Assembly: GCA_002483265.1 (NCBI GenBank)
Contig: DLHO01000022.1
Location: forward strand, 18,308 to 82,307
Length of the DNA: 64,000 bases
From: Flavobacteriales bacterium UBA7666
GTDB taxonomy: Bacteria > Bacteroidota > Bacteroidia > Flavobacteriales_D > Crocinitomicaceae
Direction: 5' to 3'
Under the pieces are notes generated by a model, which was not told where the DNA came from, ran no database searches, and saw only the letters and a program-made list of their open reading frames with translations. The position numbers and the translations under genes are program-made. Below are positions 17,943 through 28,228 of the stretch, piece by piece; within the stretch, counting starts at the first letter, position 1, and the number at the start of each line of letters is the position of its first letter.

Positions 17943-18545
17943 TTAAATCGCGTCTTTTGTTTGTTCCATCATTTGAGCCAGGAAATCACGCGCTCTGAAT
18001 AACTGAGCTTTTACAGTTCCCAATGGAAGGTTCAATTCATCAGCTATTTCTTCGTAACTCAATTCTTCAAAATATCGTTTTTCAATCAATTCACGGTAGC
18101 GGGGTTTTAGCTTGCTTACTAAGTTACGCATGTGTTTTACCTTCTGACTGTGAATGATGTGCTCTTCCGGGTCGCGTGTGTCCGATCTGGCATCAATGCC
18201 TACTGCTTCTCCATCCTCATTGGTGTATCCCGTATCCATGGAAGTCAACTTGATGCGCTTCTTACGGATAAAGTCAATGCAATTATTGGAGGCGATTTTG
18301 AATAGCCAAGTAGAGAATGCAAAGCTTGGGGAATATTGATCCAAACGACTAAATGCTTTTCCAAAAGCTTCGATGGTTAAATCGTCCGCATCGTCTGAAT
18401 TGCGAACCATTTTCATCATCATGAAATAGATGGATTCACGGTATCGGTCCATTAATTGGGCATAAGCCGCCTGGTCGCCGTTTCTAGCCTGGCCAACTAA
18501 CACCAAGTCTATACGCGCTTTATCCGATAAGTGATCTACTTCCAT
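17943..18545 (-). CDS. ECF RNA polymerase sigma-70 factor
   Basis: DADDLTIEAFGKAF, FSTWLFKIASNNCIDFIRKK (region 2) and SYEEIADELNLPLGTVKAQLFRAR (region 4). Confidence 0.95.
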   Translation of the reverse strand: MEVDHLSDKARIDLVLVGQARNGDQAAYAQLMDRYRESIYFMMMKMVRNSDDADDLTIEAFGKAFSRLDQYSPSFAFSTWLFKIASNNCIDFIRKKRIKLTSMDTGYTNEDGEAVGIDARSDTRDPEEHIIHSQKVKHMRNLVSKLKPRYRELIEKRYFEELSYEEIADELNLPLGTVKAQLFRARDFLAQMMEQTKDAI

Positions 18546-19672
18546 TTCGAAGAGTTTTTTTGCAATGCTGAATAATAAAAAAATGGAAGTATCAAAACAT
18601 ATACCAAGTCCGTAATAGGCAATAAAGCAATGAATCCGGGTGATTTCAACTTCTTAAAACACATTCCAAGAAGCCACCACTTTATCACTGTTACAAAACC
18701 AAATCCGGCCAAGGCATGTATCCACCATCCACTTTGTAGCATCAAAAGAACAAAAGATATCAGCATCAAAATCAGGGTAGTTGGATATATTCCTAACATC
18801 ACTTTCTTGAAAACCTTGTATCGCGGAGACGTAGTGTAGTGTCTGGACTTCTGAAGAACAAAAGATTCCCAGTTGTCTTTTGCTTCACTGTATTGAAATG
18901 TATCCGGATCCAGTTGAATTGTGTAGTTACTTTTTCGAGCCGCTTCCTGGATAAACAGATCATCATCACCGGACATCAGGGAGTAATGAGATTTAAAACC
19001 CTTCGTTGAATTAAATACCTCCTTGGTGTAGGCCATGTTTCGCCCCACGCCCATGTAAGGAACTTTATTGATCGCCATTGAAAAGTAGTTCACCGCAATC
19101 ATTGTTGTATCGAATCGAATAACCTTATTGAGGAATCCTTTTTTCTTCGTGTAAGGGCCGTATCCCAAAACAATTTGTTTTTTATCACTGAATCGTTCAA
19201 CCAGTTTGCGCAGCCACAAATTACTTGCAGGAGTACAATCGGCATCCGTCAAAACCAAATGCTCGTAACGTGCTTTTTTGATTCCCAGAGTTAATGGAAA
19301 CTTCTTGCTTGGCATCAAATGTTTGCTTCGTTCCACCTCCATCACAACCAGGTTTGGATATTGACGACTCAGAGCATCCAATAAATACTTGGAATCGTCC
19401 ATGGATTGATTGTTGATCACCACCACTTCAAAAGGAGCCGGATAATCCTGCTCTAGTATTTTAGGTAGATTCTCATACAAATTGTCTGATTCATTGCGTG
19501 CTGCAATGACAATCGAAACCGCTGGTAAGCTGGTTTGAGCGGGTTTGCTTTTCCAAAAAGCTAATCTCCCGAAGAAAAGTACGGAGTATATCAACTGTAT
19601 AGCCAATAGTCCAGCAAAAATCCAAAAGATATAAAATACGCCTGTTTCCTGTAATTCGGGGATAATTTTCAT
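18536..19672 (-). CDS. GT2 family glycosyltransferase
   Basis: VSIVIAARNE, LTDADC and SGDDDL motifs with TM helices. ORF track starts at 19720. Confidence 0.92.
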   Translation of the reverse strand: MKIIPELQETGVFYIFWIFAGLLAIQLIYSVLFFGRLAFWKSKPAQTSLPAVSIVIAARNESDNLYENLPKILEQDYPAPFEVVVINNQSMDDSKYLLDALSRQYPNLVVMEVERSKHLMPSKKFPLTLGIKKARYEHLVLTDADCTPASNLWLRKLVERFSDKKQIVLGYGPYTKKKGFLNKVIRFDTTMIAVNYFSMAINKVPYMGVGRNMAYTKEVFNSTKGFKSHYSLMSGDDDLFIQEAARKSNYTIQLDPDTFQYSEAKDNWESFVLQKSRHYTTSPRYKVFKKVMLGIYPTTLILMLISFVLLMLQSGWWIHALAGFGFVTVIKWWLLGMCFKKLKSPGFIALLPITDLVYVLILPFFYYSALQKNSSKWK

Positions 19673-19721
19673 TAAAGTGTCTTCTTCGCTTACAAAGATG
19701 GGGCTCTTTCCTAAATACACT

Positions 19722-19729
19722 TATCTTTG
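19722..19729 (+). promoter_or_regulatory. Bacteroidota -7 promoter box for tgt
   Basis: TATCTTTG matches TAnnTTTG, 24 bp upstream of the ATG at 19754. Confidence 0.7.
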
Positions 19730-19753
19730 CAGCGTTTATTTTTCAACACAATT

Positions 19754-20884
19754 ATGCACTTTGAACTGAAGCATACCGATCCACACTCAAAAGCCAGAGC
19801 AGGACTTGTTCACACGGATCACGGAACAATTGAAACTCCGATATTTATGCCTGTTGGAACGCAAGGAACAGTAAAAGGTGTTCACCAACAAGAATTACGT
19901 GACGATGTGGAAGCTCAGATTATTTTGGGAAATACCTTCCATTTGTATCTGCGTCCGGGATTGGATGTAATTGGAGGAGCAGGAGGATTGCACCAGTTTA
20001 TTGGCTGGGAAAGACCAATTCTTACGGATAGTGGTGGTTATCAGGTTTATTCTTTGGCAACCAGCCGGAAAATTACTGAAGAAGGCGTTCGTTTTCAGTC
20101 GCATCACGATGGGAGTTACCACTTTTTCTCTCCGGAAAGAGCCATTGACATTCAACGTGTAATCGGTGCAGATATCATCATGGCATTCGATGAATGTACA
20201 CCATATCCTTGCGATTACAACTATGCGAAACGTTCCATGCATATGACACACCGTTGGTTAAAGCGTTGTATTACTCAAATGGATTCTACGGAACCAAAAT
20301 ATGGTTATTCCCAGGCGTTATTTCCAATTATTCAGGGAAGTGTTTATCCTGATTTGAGAAAAGAATCTGCTGAATTTATTGCAGAGCAAAATGCCGTAGG
20401 AAATGCAATCGGTGGATTATCTGTTGGTGAACCGGATGAAGACATGTACAGCATGACTGATTTGGTTTGTTCTATTTTACCTACCGATAAACCACGTTAT
20501 TTAATGGGAGTTGGGACTCCGGTTAATTTATTGGAATCCATCGCGTTAGGGGTTGATATGTTTGATTGTGTAATGCCTTCCAGAAATGCAAGGCACGGAA
20601 TGTTGTTTACTTCAGAGGGAACAATCAATATCAAAAACCAACAGTGGAAAATGGATTTTTCTCCTTTGGACATCAATGGCACGGCTTATGTAGATCAGGT
20701 TTACACCAAAGCATATTTACATCACTTGATTAAAGCAAAGGAAAATTTAGCCATTCAAATTGCGACTATTCACAATTTAGCCTTTTATTTGGCGTTGGTT
20801 AAAGAAGCCCGCAGACGAATTTTGGATGGAACATTCAGAACATGGAAAGATGAACAAGTGAAAAAACTGGGAAGAAGAATTTAA
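19754..20884 (+). CDS. tgt: tRNA-guanine transglycosylase
   Basis: TPIFMPVGT, ILTDSGGYQV, GVDMFDCVMP motifs and zinc-site HN. Confidence 0.97.
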   Translation: MHFELKHTDPHSKARAGLVHTDHGTIETPIFMPVGTQGTVKGVHQQELRDDVEAQIILGNTFHLYLRPGLDVIGGAGGLHQFIGWERPILTDSGGYQVYSLATSRKITEEGVRFQSHHDGSYHFFSPERAIDIQRVIGADIIMAFDECTPYPCDYNYAKRSMHMTHRWLKRCITQMDSTEPKYGYSQALFPIIQGSVYPDLRKESAEFIAEQNAVGNAIGGLSVGEPDEDMYSMTDLVCSILPTDKPRYLMGVGTPVNLLESIALGVDMFDCVMPSRNARHGMLFTSEGTINIKNQQWKMDFSPLDINGTAYVDQVYTKAYLHHLIKAKENLAIQIATIHNLAFYLALVKEARRRILDGTFRTWKDEQVKKLGRRI

Positions 20885-21997
20885 ATGCTTAAAATCTTAG
20901 ATCGATATATCATTCGAAAGTTTCTTTCAACATTCTTTTTTATGTTGGGAGTTATTATGCTATTGGCAATGGTATTCGATATTGCTGAGCGTTTATCGGA
21001 ATTCATTAAGAATCAAGCGCCACTGCAGTCAATCATTTTGGATTATTATCTCAACTTCTTATTGTATTACGGGAATACCTTCTCTTCTATGATCGTTTTC
21101 ATTTCGGTGATTTGGTTCACTGCGAAAATGGCCCAGGAAGCAGAAATTATTCCGATACTGAACAGTGGAAGACCATTTACACGTTTTCTTCGACCTTATA
21201 TGGTTGCAGCAACCATTTTGATGGTGATGTCTTTGGTTCTGAATCATTTTGTTTTGCCACGAGCCAATCGGGTGCGTTTGGATTTTGAGGAATCGTTTTA
21301 CCGAGATCGCTTGTTGGTTGAAAACTATCATGCGGAATTCCCTGGAAATGAGCTGGTTCATTATGCTAGTTATAATTCCAAGGAAAACATCATTAATGAT
21401 TTCGTTGTCGAAAAGTATGACAATCACAACCGACTTGTTCATTTTCTAAAGTCCCGGACTGCAACAGTTGCTCATGGTTCCTCGAATTGGCATTTGGTTG
21501 ATGTCTTTGAACGTCGAATAAACTACAATGACACGCTTGCTTTTAATGATCAGATGCTCAATCAAAAAATCCAATTGACGGAAGAGCACAAAAAAGACAC
21601 GGTATTACCATATAAGATTGAGGATATGGCTATTCGCGACAACATAGCTGAAGCAATGACTTATTCTGAACTGAAACAGTTCATTAAAAAGGAGAAAGAA
21701 AAAGGAAATGCGAGTGTCCCGACCTTTGAGATTGAGCTTCACCAGCGAACGAGTTATCCTTTTGCAACGTATATTTTGACTTTGATAGGAGTAAGTGTTT
21801 CCAGCAGGAAAAAGCGGGGAGGTATTGGTGTCAATATCGCTATCGGCTTATTGTTCGTCTTTATTTACATTTTCGCCATGAAAGTAACAACGGTAGCAGC
21901 CACAACAGTTGGTTTTCCTCCGATTGCGGCAGTTTGGTTGCCGAATTTTATTTTTGGTATTTTAGCCATCTTCATGTATCGCATTGCGCCTAAATAA
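20885..21997 (+). CDS. LptF/LptG family LPS export permease
   Basis: LDRYIIRK N-terminus, SGRPFTRFLRP, 3+3 TM layout and AVWLPN. Confidence 0.92.
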   Translation: MLKILDRYIIRKFLSTFFFMLGVIMLLAMVFDIAERLSEFIKNQAPLQSIILDYYLNFLLYYGNTFSSMIVFISVIWFTAKMAQEAEIIPILNSGRPFTRFLRPYMVAATILMVMSLVLNHFVLPRANRVRLDFEESFYRDRLLVENYHAEFPGNELVHYASYNSKENIINDFVVEKYDNHNRLVHFLKSRTATVAHGSSNWHLVDVFERRINYNDTLAFNDQMLNQKIQLTEEHKKDTVLPYKIEDMAIRDNIAEAMTYSELKQFIKKEKEKGNASVPTFEIELHQRTSYPFATYILTLIGVSVSSRKKRGGIGVNIAIGLLFVFIYIFAMKVTTVAATTVGFPPIAAVWLPNFIFGILAIFMYRIAPK

Positions 21998-22758
21998 TGA
22001 AATTCGTTGGGTTATTTTCTGTTTTGATTTGTTGCGTTTTTGGTTTAAATGCACAGATCGTCAATATTGAAAATAGGCGTATTTATGAAGATACATCCGG
22101 GTGGAGTGGTGCGCTGGATGCCGGATTTGCTGTCACCCAAAATTCACCTGACATCTTGTATTCGGGGAATTTGCGTCCCAGAGTTCAATATAAAACCCGC
22201 AAAAATCACTTCTTACTAATTTGTGATCTGAATTATACCGCTTCCAATAAAACGACCTACGCGAATTCCGGTATGTCGCACTTTCGCTATGCCAGACGAA
22301 TTAAGAATAGCCCGTGGAAATGGGAGGCTTATACTCAGATCCAGTACAATCAGTTATTGAATCAACGCGTAAGGTACCTGGTTGGTACTGGTCCCAGGTG
22401 GAAGTTTATTGATACCAACAACGTGCGTTTTTTTGTTGGATCCTCTACTTTTTGGGAATATGAAGAATTAACGGAAGATGGTATAATTAACGACAATTTT
22501 CGCTGGAGCAATTACCTGAGTTGGTTTATTCGCACGCAATCCGGATTTAGCTTTTCAGGAACCACCTATTATCAGCCCAGATGGGACCGATTTAAAGATT
22601 TCCGCTTTTCCGGACAGTACTCAATTAGTCAGGCAATCACCAAACGATTGGACATGCGAATTGAATTTAATATCTATTATGACAGTGCACCACCTGTAAA
22701 TGTGAGAAAGACAGTTTTTAGCTCCTCAGCGGGTATACACCTGCGTTTGGGAGAATAG
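21997..22758 (+). CDS. DUF481-like outer-membrane beta-barrel protein
   Basis: Signal peptide ending NA|QIVNIE and alternating beta-strand pattern. Confidence 0.75.
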   Translation: MKFVGLFSVLICCVFGLNAQIVNIENRRIYEDTSGWSGALDAGFAVTQNSPDILYSGNLRPRVQYKTRKNHFLLICDLNYTASNKTTYANSGMSHFRYARRIKNSPWKWEAYTQIQYNQLLNQRVRYLVGTGPRWKFIDTNNVRFFVGSSTFWEYEELTEDGIINDNFRWSNYLSWFIRTQSGFSFSGTTYYQPRWDRFKDFRFSGQYSISQAITKRLDMRIEFNIYYDSAPPVNVRKTVFSSSAGIHLRLGE

Positions 22759-22863
22759 CCCCGTATTTATTTGTTACATATGTTTTGGATTTAACAAAAG
22801 TTGACTCTTTGGTGGATTTATTCAGAGTATCTTCAATCAAGTTAGAAACTAAAAACGGACATT

Positions 22864-23079
22864 ATGAAAAAGTTAATTTTAGGAGTTTCGGCAATGGCAT
22901 TGCTGGGCTTGGCATCTTGTAAGAAAGATTATAATTGTGAGTGTACTTATCAGAATACAGGTAGCACGACAGTTACAGAGAATAAAACAATTAAAAATGC
23001 ATCATTGGATGACGCGAAGAAAACCTGTGATGGTTATGAAACCGATGGATCGATCACAAAAACATGTACGCTTCTATAA
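22864..23079 (+). CDS. Small Cys-containing lipoprotein
   Basis: Lipobox LAS|C followed by KKDYNCEC; 71 aa with four further Cys. Confidence 0.85.
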   Translation: MKKLILGVSAMALLGLASCKKDYNCECTYQNTGSTTVTENKTIKNASLDDAKKTCDGYETDGSITKTCTLL

Positions 23080-23136
23080 GTTGCGGAATGTTAATCTGAT
23101 TGATTAAAGGTTTGTAAAAACCTTTAAGTTATAAAT

Positions 23137-23177
23137 GCCATGTCTTGGAGTAGATACAATCTATTTCAAGACATGGC
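23137..23177. terminator. Bidirectional terminator-like hairpin
   Basis: GCCATGTCTTG / CAAGACATGGC arms between convergent genes. Confidence 0.7.
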
Positions 23178-23191
23178 TTTACTATTTCCAG

Positions 23192-24421
23192 TTAAAACTC
23201 GTCTAAATGATTGCTTGTGATATCTTTTTTCCGTGTCAGGAGAAACAGAATAAGAACAGTCAATGCACAGAAGAAAAAACCAATTCCAGCAACAATTGTA
23301 GCTATGCGATAGTTTCCGTCTCCAATTCCATTATAGATCTTATTTCCGATGAATAGTGATAAAAATCCATATGCTGCAAGTGCTGCTCCGGAATAAGTTG
23401 CCATCAATTTCTTAGGGGAATATTGAAGAATGAGGCTCAGGAATATGGGAACGATCAAAATCTCTCCGATGAAATTCAGGCTGACAAAACTGATAATGAA
23501 TTTGGGATCGTCTGTTTGACTGTTTGCCATGGTTAAAATTGCCGCAAAAATTGAAATAGTAGCTGCACCAAAGCCTATTGCTATTTTAAGAATAGGTGAA
23601 AATTTGAAGCGATTCCAAATAATTCCAAAAACAAGGTAGCCAGCTAAAGGGATTAAAGTCGGAAGCATGCTTACGAATCGGTCAACATTTCCGGATCTGA
23701 AACCGCTATAATTGAAGTTTGACATGGAATTCTTCAATAATTGCTCGAACAACCAGTAAAGAAATAATCCTAAAATAGAAAGAGTAATCGTTTCAGTCAC
23801 ACGACTATTCAAATCTCCTGTTGCCTGATTTATTTCATTCGAGTCTTTTGGGTATTTGATCAGGAAACAAAGTCCGATAATAATCAGAAAACAGATGATG
23901 CAGGAAAGGAATCCTCTATCAAAAGTACTGGCCAAATCCATGTAGTGAAATGCCAATGGAGCTAAAAAAGAACCAAGAGCTATGGTGAAGAAATTGATAG
24001 TGAGAGCTCCATCCAGTTTGTTTTTTTTGTCTGAGTAGATTGTTCCGATAGATTTTAATACCGCAGGGGAGAATATGGATTGTCCCACAATAAAGACAAA
24101 CATTCCCAGATAAAATGTTCCCAGTTGCTTTTGCATGAATAACAAAATTCCCAGAATCTGAAGTGCACAACTCACAATAATAGAAACCTTATTTCCTAAG
24201 AGAAAGTCTACAATTAATCCTCCAAAGATTCGTGCAAATAGCAGGGCAGAAGAGAAAGTGAGTAATAAATCGCTGGCATCATCTCCATATAGGTTCATGT
24301 ACTCACTGATGAGGTAACTGTAGGCGAAGGTTTGCAATCCGTAGAAAGCAAATCGTTCTAAAAAAAGTAAACTATTCAGAATACTTGATTGTTCCAGGTA
24401 GTAGTATTTATTGGTCGACAT
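23192..24421 (-). CDS. POT/PTR family peptide MFS transporter, divergent
   Basis: LERFAFYG (degenerate ExxERFxYYG), GGLIVDFLLG and NFIGEILIVP; about 12 TM helices. Confidence 0.8.
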   Translation of the reverse strand: MSTNKYYYLEQSSILNSLLFLERFAFYGLQTFAYSYLISEYMNLYGDDASDLLLTFSSALLFARIFGGLIVDFLLGNKVSIIVSCALQILGILLFMQKQLGTFYLGMFVFIVGQSIFSPAVLKSIGTIYSDKKNKLDGALTINFFTIALGSFLAPLAFHYMDLASTFDRGFLSCIICFLIIIGLCFLIKYPKDSNEINQATGDLNSRVTETITLSILGLFLYWLFEQLLKNSMSNFNYSGFRSGNVDRFVSMLPTLIPLAGYLVFGIIWNRFKFSPILKIAIGFGAATISIFAAILTMANSQTDDPKFIISFVSLNFIGEILIVPIFLSLILQYSPKKLMATYSGAALAAYGFLSLFIGNKIYNGIGDGNYRIATIVAGIGFFFCALTVLILFLLTRKKDITSNHLDEF

Positions 24422-24445
24422 AGTTACTGTAATTGATTTTTATAA

Positions 24446-24529
24446 AAAAGTTCAAATGTTTACGCCGTGGCGAATTCAAATGTTCAAATTTGAGTTTAAA
24501 TACATTGAACCCATTGAACCCATTGAACT
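24446..24529. repeat. GTTCAAAT / CATTGAACC short-period inverted repeat with CGCC-GT-GGCG core
   Basis: GTTCAAATGTT-TACGCCGTGGCGAA-TTCAAATGTTCAAAT followed by CATTGAACC x3 (24503-24529); related TTTGAACATTTGAAC at about 26925-26939. Confidence 0.6.
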
Positions 24530-26665
24530 TTACTTTATCCACATTAGTTTTTCTCGTTCTACTTTCAGGCGCATAAATCCAAAAGCAACTGTAAGCACAT
24601 GACCTTTTATTTCTTCGACTGTTCCGGTTTGTTTGGTTTCAATCATTTTTACTGTTGAACCAACTACAATTTTGTCGCGTTGATAGGTGTCTTCTTCCGG
24701 CTTTTGTGTGTTGCGTTTTTTCGCTGCCGGTTTTTGTGGTTTGGCTTGTGCTTGGATCAATTCCACTTTTCGTTTCGCTTCCTCAATTTTTGATTTCTCC
24801 ACCATCAGGTATTTGCGCACATCTTCCAATAAAGGATTGTTTGCATCTTTCTTTCTGGTTCTGGTTTGATACCGGTCAATGAATGACTTCATCTTTTTGC
24901 CGGAATTGATGAACAGATTATTCTTCTCTGCCAAATCTTGCTGCGCACGCAAACGCTCATCTATTTTCTGTTTCTTTTCGATGAATTCTTCCCGGGCATT
25001 ATTAGCCAGTTGCTGTGCTTCAATGTGTTCATTGTTCAAACGTTGCAGGTACATTTTTTCCCGATTCAGTTCGTTCAACAGTTGATCCATTTTCACCCGG
25101 CTTTGATCTAGTTTTCCTTTGGCTTGTTCAATTAAATCCAGTGGAATTCCATTCATTTGAGCCACCTCAAAGGTGAAGGAACTTCCGGGTTGTCCCATGG
25201 AAAACCGATACAAGGGTTCCAGTGTTTCAGTATTGAAAAGCATACATCCGTTTACAGCATTGGGTAATCGGTCGGCTTTCAGTTTTATATTGGCGTAATG
25301 TGTGGTGATTACTCCGTAAGATTTTCGTTTATACAATTCTTCAAAAAACACTTCAGCTAAAGCGCCACCCAGTTCCGGATCAGAACCTGTTCCAAATTCA
25401 TCCAGCAACAGCAAGGTTCTTCTATTCGAAACCTTTAAAAAGAATTTCATCCGTTTCAGGCGATAGGAATAGGTGCTCAATTCATTTTCAATGGACTGAT
25501 TGTCTCCGATATCCGTTAGAACCTGTTGGAAGAAACAAAACTTACTGTTTTCATGAACCGGAATCAATAAGCCCGCCTGGAGCATCACCTGTAATAATCC
25601 AATGGTTTTTAATGTAATGGATTTTCCTCCGGCATTCGGTCCGGAAATCACCAGCATTCTGCTTGTTGCGTCCAGAATCAAGCTTTGAGAAAGTGTTACT
25701 TTTCCAAGTGTTTTATTGGTTTTCCAAAGAATGGGGTGAAATGCGTCGATCAATTCAATACGCGTATTTCGGACAATTCCCGGTAAATTGGCATTCAGAT
25801 CAAGAGCCAGTTTGGTTTTCGAATTGATAAAGTCAAATTCCGTAAGTAATTCCTGATACGCTTCGATCAAAGGAAGGTGATGTGCAATATCCCGGGTCAA
25901 TTCCTGAAGAATGCGGAAAATCTCTTTTCGTTCATCGTCCAAAGACATTTCCAATTCATTATTCAGTGGAATATTGATGGCAGGTTCAATGAACGTCAAA
26001 CTTCCGGTTTTAGATGACCCGACTGCAATTCCTCCAATTTTTCGCTTGTGACTTGATTGAACGGTCAGAACACGGCGTTCGTTGATGAATGCTTCTTTCG
26101 TATCACCCAGCAATCCTTCTTTCAGATACCGGCGCATTTCCTTGTCGAAATTGCGGTTGATCTGATTGCGTAATTTCGCGATTTGTTGTCGGATTGCATA
26201 TAGTTCAGCCGAAGCATCGTCTTTTATCAGTCCTCTTCGATCAAATACCTTTTCAATGGCCTCGATCAGTTCACGGGTAAAATAAACGTTCTTTAAAAGA
26301 CCAAACAGATTCGGATAATCCTGTGAGCGTTTATCAAAGAAATGGAGCATGTGATTTACCAATTCCGAAGCCCTGGTGATTCGTACAAAACCCTCTTGCT
26401 GCAAAACCGCATTTTGAATGGGAAGCAATTTGATTTCCGCCAATAATTCTTCAAAATCGAGAGCCGGAAAAGATTCTCCTTCCACACGGATACTTTTGAA
26501 TTCGTTTACTCTAAGCAGCTCAAATTCGATCGCATCAAAATCATTATTGGGTGATAAATTTTCCAATCTGTTTTGAGCCGTTGCACCAATACTAAAAGCA
26601 GCCAACCATTCCCTGATTTGGTTAAATTCTAAATCGTGAAGTGTTTGCTGATCAAATCCTTTCAT
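24530..26665 (-). CDS. mutS2: MutS2-family ATPase with C-terminal KOW-like domain and no Smr domain
   Basis: ISGPNAGGKSITLK Walker A, DIGDNQSIENELSTYS, LLDEFGTGSDP and ITTHY motifs; coiled coil; ends after the KOW-like domain. Confidence 0.88.
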   Translation of the reverse strand: MKGFDQQTLHDLEFNQIREWLAAFSIGATAQNRLENLSPNNDFDAIEFELLRVNEFKSIRVEGESFPALDFEELLAEIKLLPIQNAVLQQEGFVRITRASELVNHMLHFFDKRSQDYPNLFGLLKNVYFTRELIEAIEKVFDRRGLIKDDASAELYAIRQQIAKLRNQINRNFDKEMRRYLKEGLLGDTKEAFINERRVLTVQSSHKRKIGGIAVGSSKTGSLTFIEPAINIPLNNELEMSLDDERKEIFRILQELTRDIAHHLPLIEAYQELLTEFDFINSKTKLALDLNANLPGIVRNTRIELIDAFHPILWKTNKTLGKVTLSQSLILDATSRMLVISGPNAGGKSITLKTIGLLQVMLQAGLLIPVHENSKFCFFQQVLTDIGDNQSIENELSTYSYRLKRMKFFLKVSNRRTLLLLDEFGTGSDPELGGALAEVFFEELYKRKSYGVITTHYANIKLKADRLPNAVNGCMLFNTETLEPLYRFSMGQPGSSFTFEVAQMNGIPLDLIEQAKGKLDQSRVKMDQLLNELNREKMYLQRLNNEHIEAQQLANNAREEFIEKKQKIDERLRAQQDLAEKNNLFINSGKKMKSFIDRYQTRTRKKDANNPLLEDVRKYLMVEKSKIEEAKRKVELIQAQAKPQKPAAKKRNTQKPEEDTYQRDKIVVGSTVKMIETKQTGTVEEIKGHVLTVAFGFMRLKVEREKLMWIK

Positions 26666-26958
26666 GGTGTAAAAATAATGTCAATTTGGAAGCTGACAAA
26701 GAGAAGTGAGAAAAGAACACGCTTGCAGGGGATTTTAACTCAAATGCACCTTTTTTTACGCTCCTGCCAGTAGCACCAGTATATTTTAAAGCGAGTGCGG
26801 CAGCCTCGCTATTTAATCTAGGCATCAGCGGTAAATAAAATGAATACTGCTTTTCATTTTTGGCTCAAATTCACGGGCAAAATTCTATTTTTACTGCTTA
26901 AAGGTTTTCGAGCGATATCGAAACTTTGAACATTTGAACTTTTTCAACTTATTTAAAT

Positions 26959-27723
26959 ATGAAACTTCTGTCCTTTAACGTTAACGGAATTCGCGCAATT
27001 GCAGGAAAATCTTTCCTTACTGATATGAAAGAAATGCAGGCAGATGTTATTTGTCTGCAAGAAACAAAAGCAACTGTGGAGCAAGTGTTGGAAACGGTAA
27101 ATCCGTTAGGTTATCCATTCGTTTATGCAAATGAAGCGGGTAGAAAAGGATATTCCGGAACTGCAATTATTTCCAAAACACAGCCGATTTCGGTGGTTTA
27201 CGATATGGGAATTGCACAACATGACGAAGAAGGACGCGTGATCTGTGCAGAATACGATAAGTTTTATCTCATCACGGTTTACGTTCCAAATTCAGGAAGT
27301 GAATTATTGCGCTTACCTTATCGTCAAGGTTGGGATGCTGATTTTCTGTTGTATTTGAAGAAACTTGAAGCAAAGAAACCGGTGATCGTTTGTGGTGATT
27401 TCAACGTAGCACACAAGGCAATTGATTTAGCTCGACCAAAAGCAAATTACAATAAATCTGCCGGATACATGCAGGAAGAAATCGACGGAATGGATGCGTT
27501 CATTGGAAGTGGTTTGGTAGATTCCTGGCGCGTATTAAATGGTGACGAGATCAAATATTCATGGTGGAGCTACCGGGGCGGAGCAAGAGAGAAGAACGTT
27601 GGCTGGCGGATTGATTATTTCTTAGTGTCTGAAGCATTTATTCCAAGTTTGAAAGCTGCAACAATCCATAACGAGATTTTTGGTTCTGACCATTGTCCGG
27701 TTGGGTTGGAATTGAGTTTGTGA
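26959..27723 (+). CDS. xth: Exodeoxyribonuclease III
   Basis: SFNVNGIRA, LQETK, GYSG, VYVPN, GDFNVAH, WRIDYF and SDHCP motifs. Confidence 0.96.
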   Translation: MKLLSFNVNGIRAIAGKSFLTDMKEMQADVICLQETKATVEQVLETVNPLGYPFVYANEAGRKGYSGTAIISKTQPISVVYDMGIAQHDEEGRVICAEYDKFYLITVYVPNSGSELLRLPYRQGWDADFLLYLKKLEAKKPVIVCGDFNVAHKAIDLARPKANYNKSAGYMQEEIDGMDAFIGSGLVDSWRVLNGDEIKYSWWSYRGGAREKNVGWRIDYFLVSEAFIPSLKAATIHNEIFGSDHCPVGLELSL

Positions 27724-27842
27724 ACCATATAGATACATAGCCACACATAGTTTGTTTTTTATTAATTGGTTTCTTGTTTCAGGGAATTTTTACTCATTGA
27801 GTTCACTCTCACGCTATATGAACTATGTTTCTATGTGGTTCA
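27721..27842. repeat. CATAG-type inverted-repeat element
   Basis: TGAACCATATAGATACATAG (27721-27740) matches the reverse complement of 27823-27842 at 18/20. Confidence 0.7.
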
Positions 27843-27974
27843 AATAATGTATACACTCTTCCAAAATGAAATTCTTCTTTTCCAAAATGAAATAGATTCG
27901 TCTTTTTGGCACGGATCTCATTTGCGTTGATCTCCTTCTGGAAGCATTGCTGTGCTTAGCGTTTAAGTTTTTTT

Positions 27975-28205
27975 GTGAGAGTAAAAACAGGTTTAAGGCA
28001 TGGATTTGGCCTTATCTGTTTCAAATGTTTAAGCTTATTGAGAGATGGAAACTCAACTCAAGAACAGAGAATACCGAATGGGCAATATTCACAGGTGTCA
28101 ACGAGAGCAGGATGGGATTTTAAAATAAACCATGGCGATGGTTCCTCATCCACTCCACGCTATAAAAATCAATGGCTTCAGCTAACACTGGGTTACAGAT
28201 TCTAG
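27975..28205 (+). pseudogene. C-terminal remnant of a porin/PorT-like outer-membrane beta-barrel gene
   Basis: Ends ...GWDFKINHGDGSSSTPRYKNQWLQLTLGYRF*, a typical barrel C-terminal strand; no signal peptide or N-terminal barrel; followed by a terminator. Confidence 0.55.
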
Positions 28206-28228
28206 TCTAGAAGTCAGATATTGATTTG

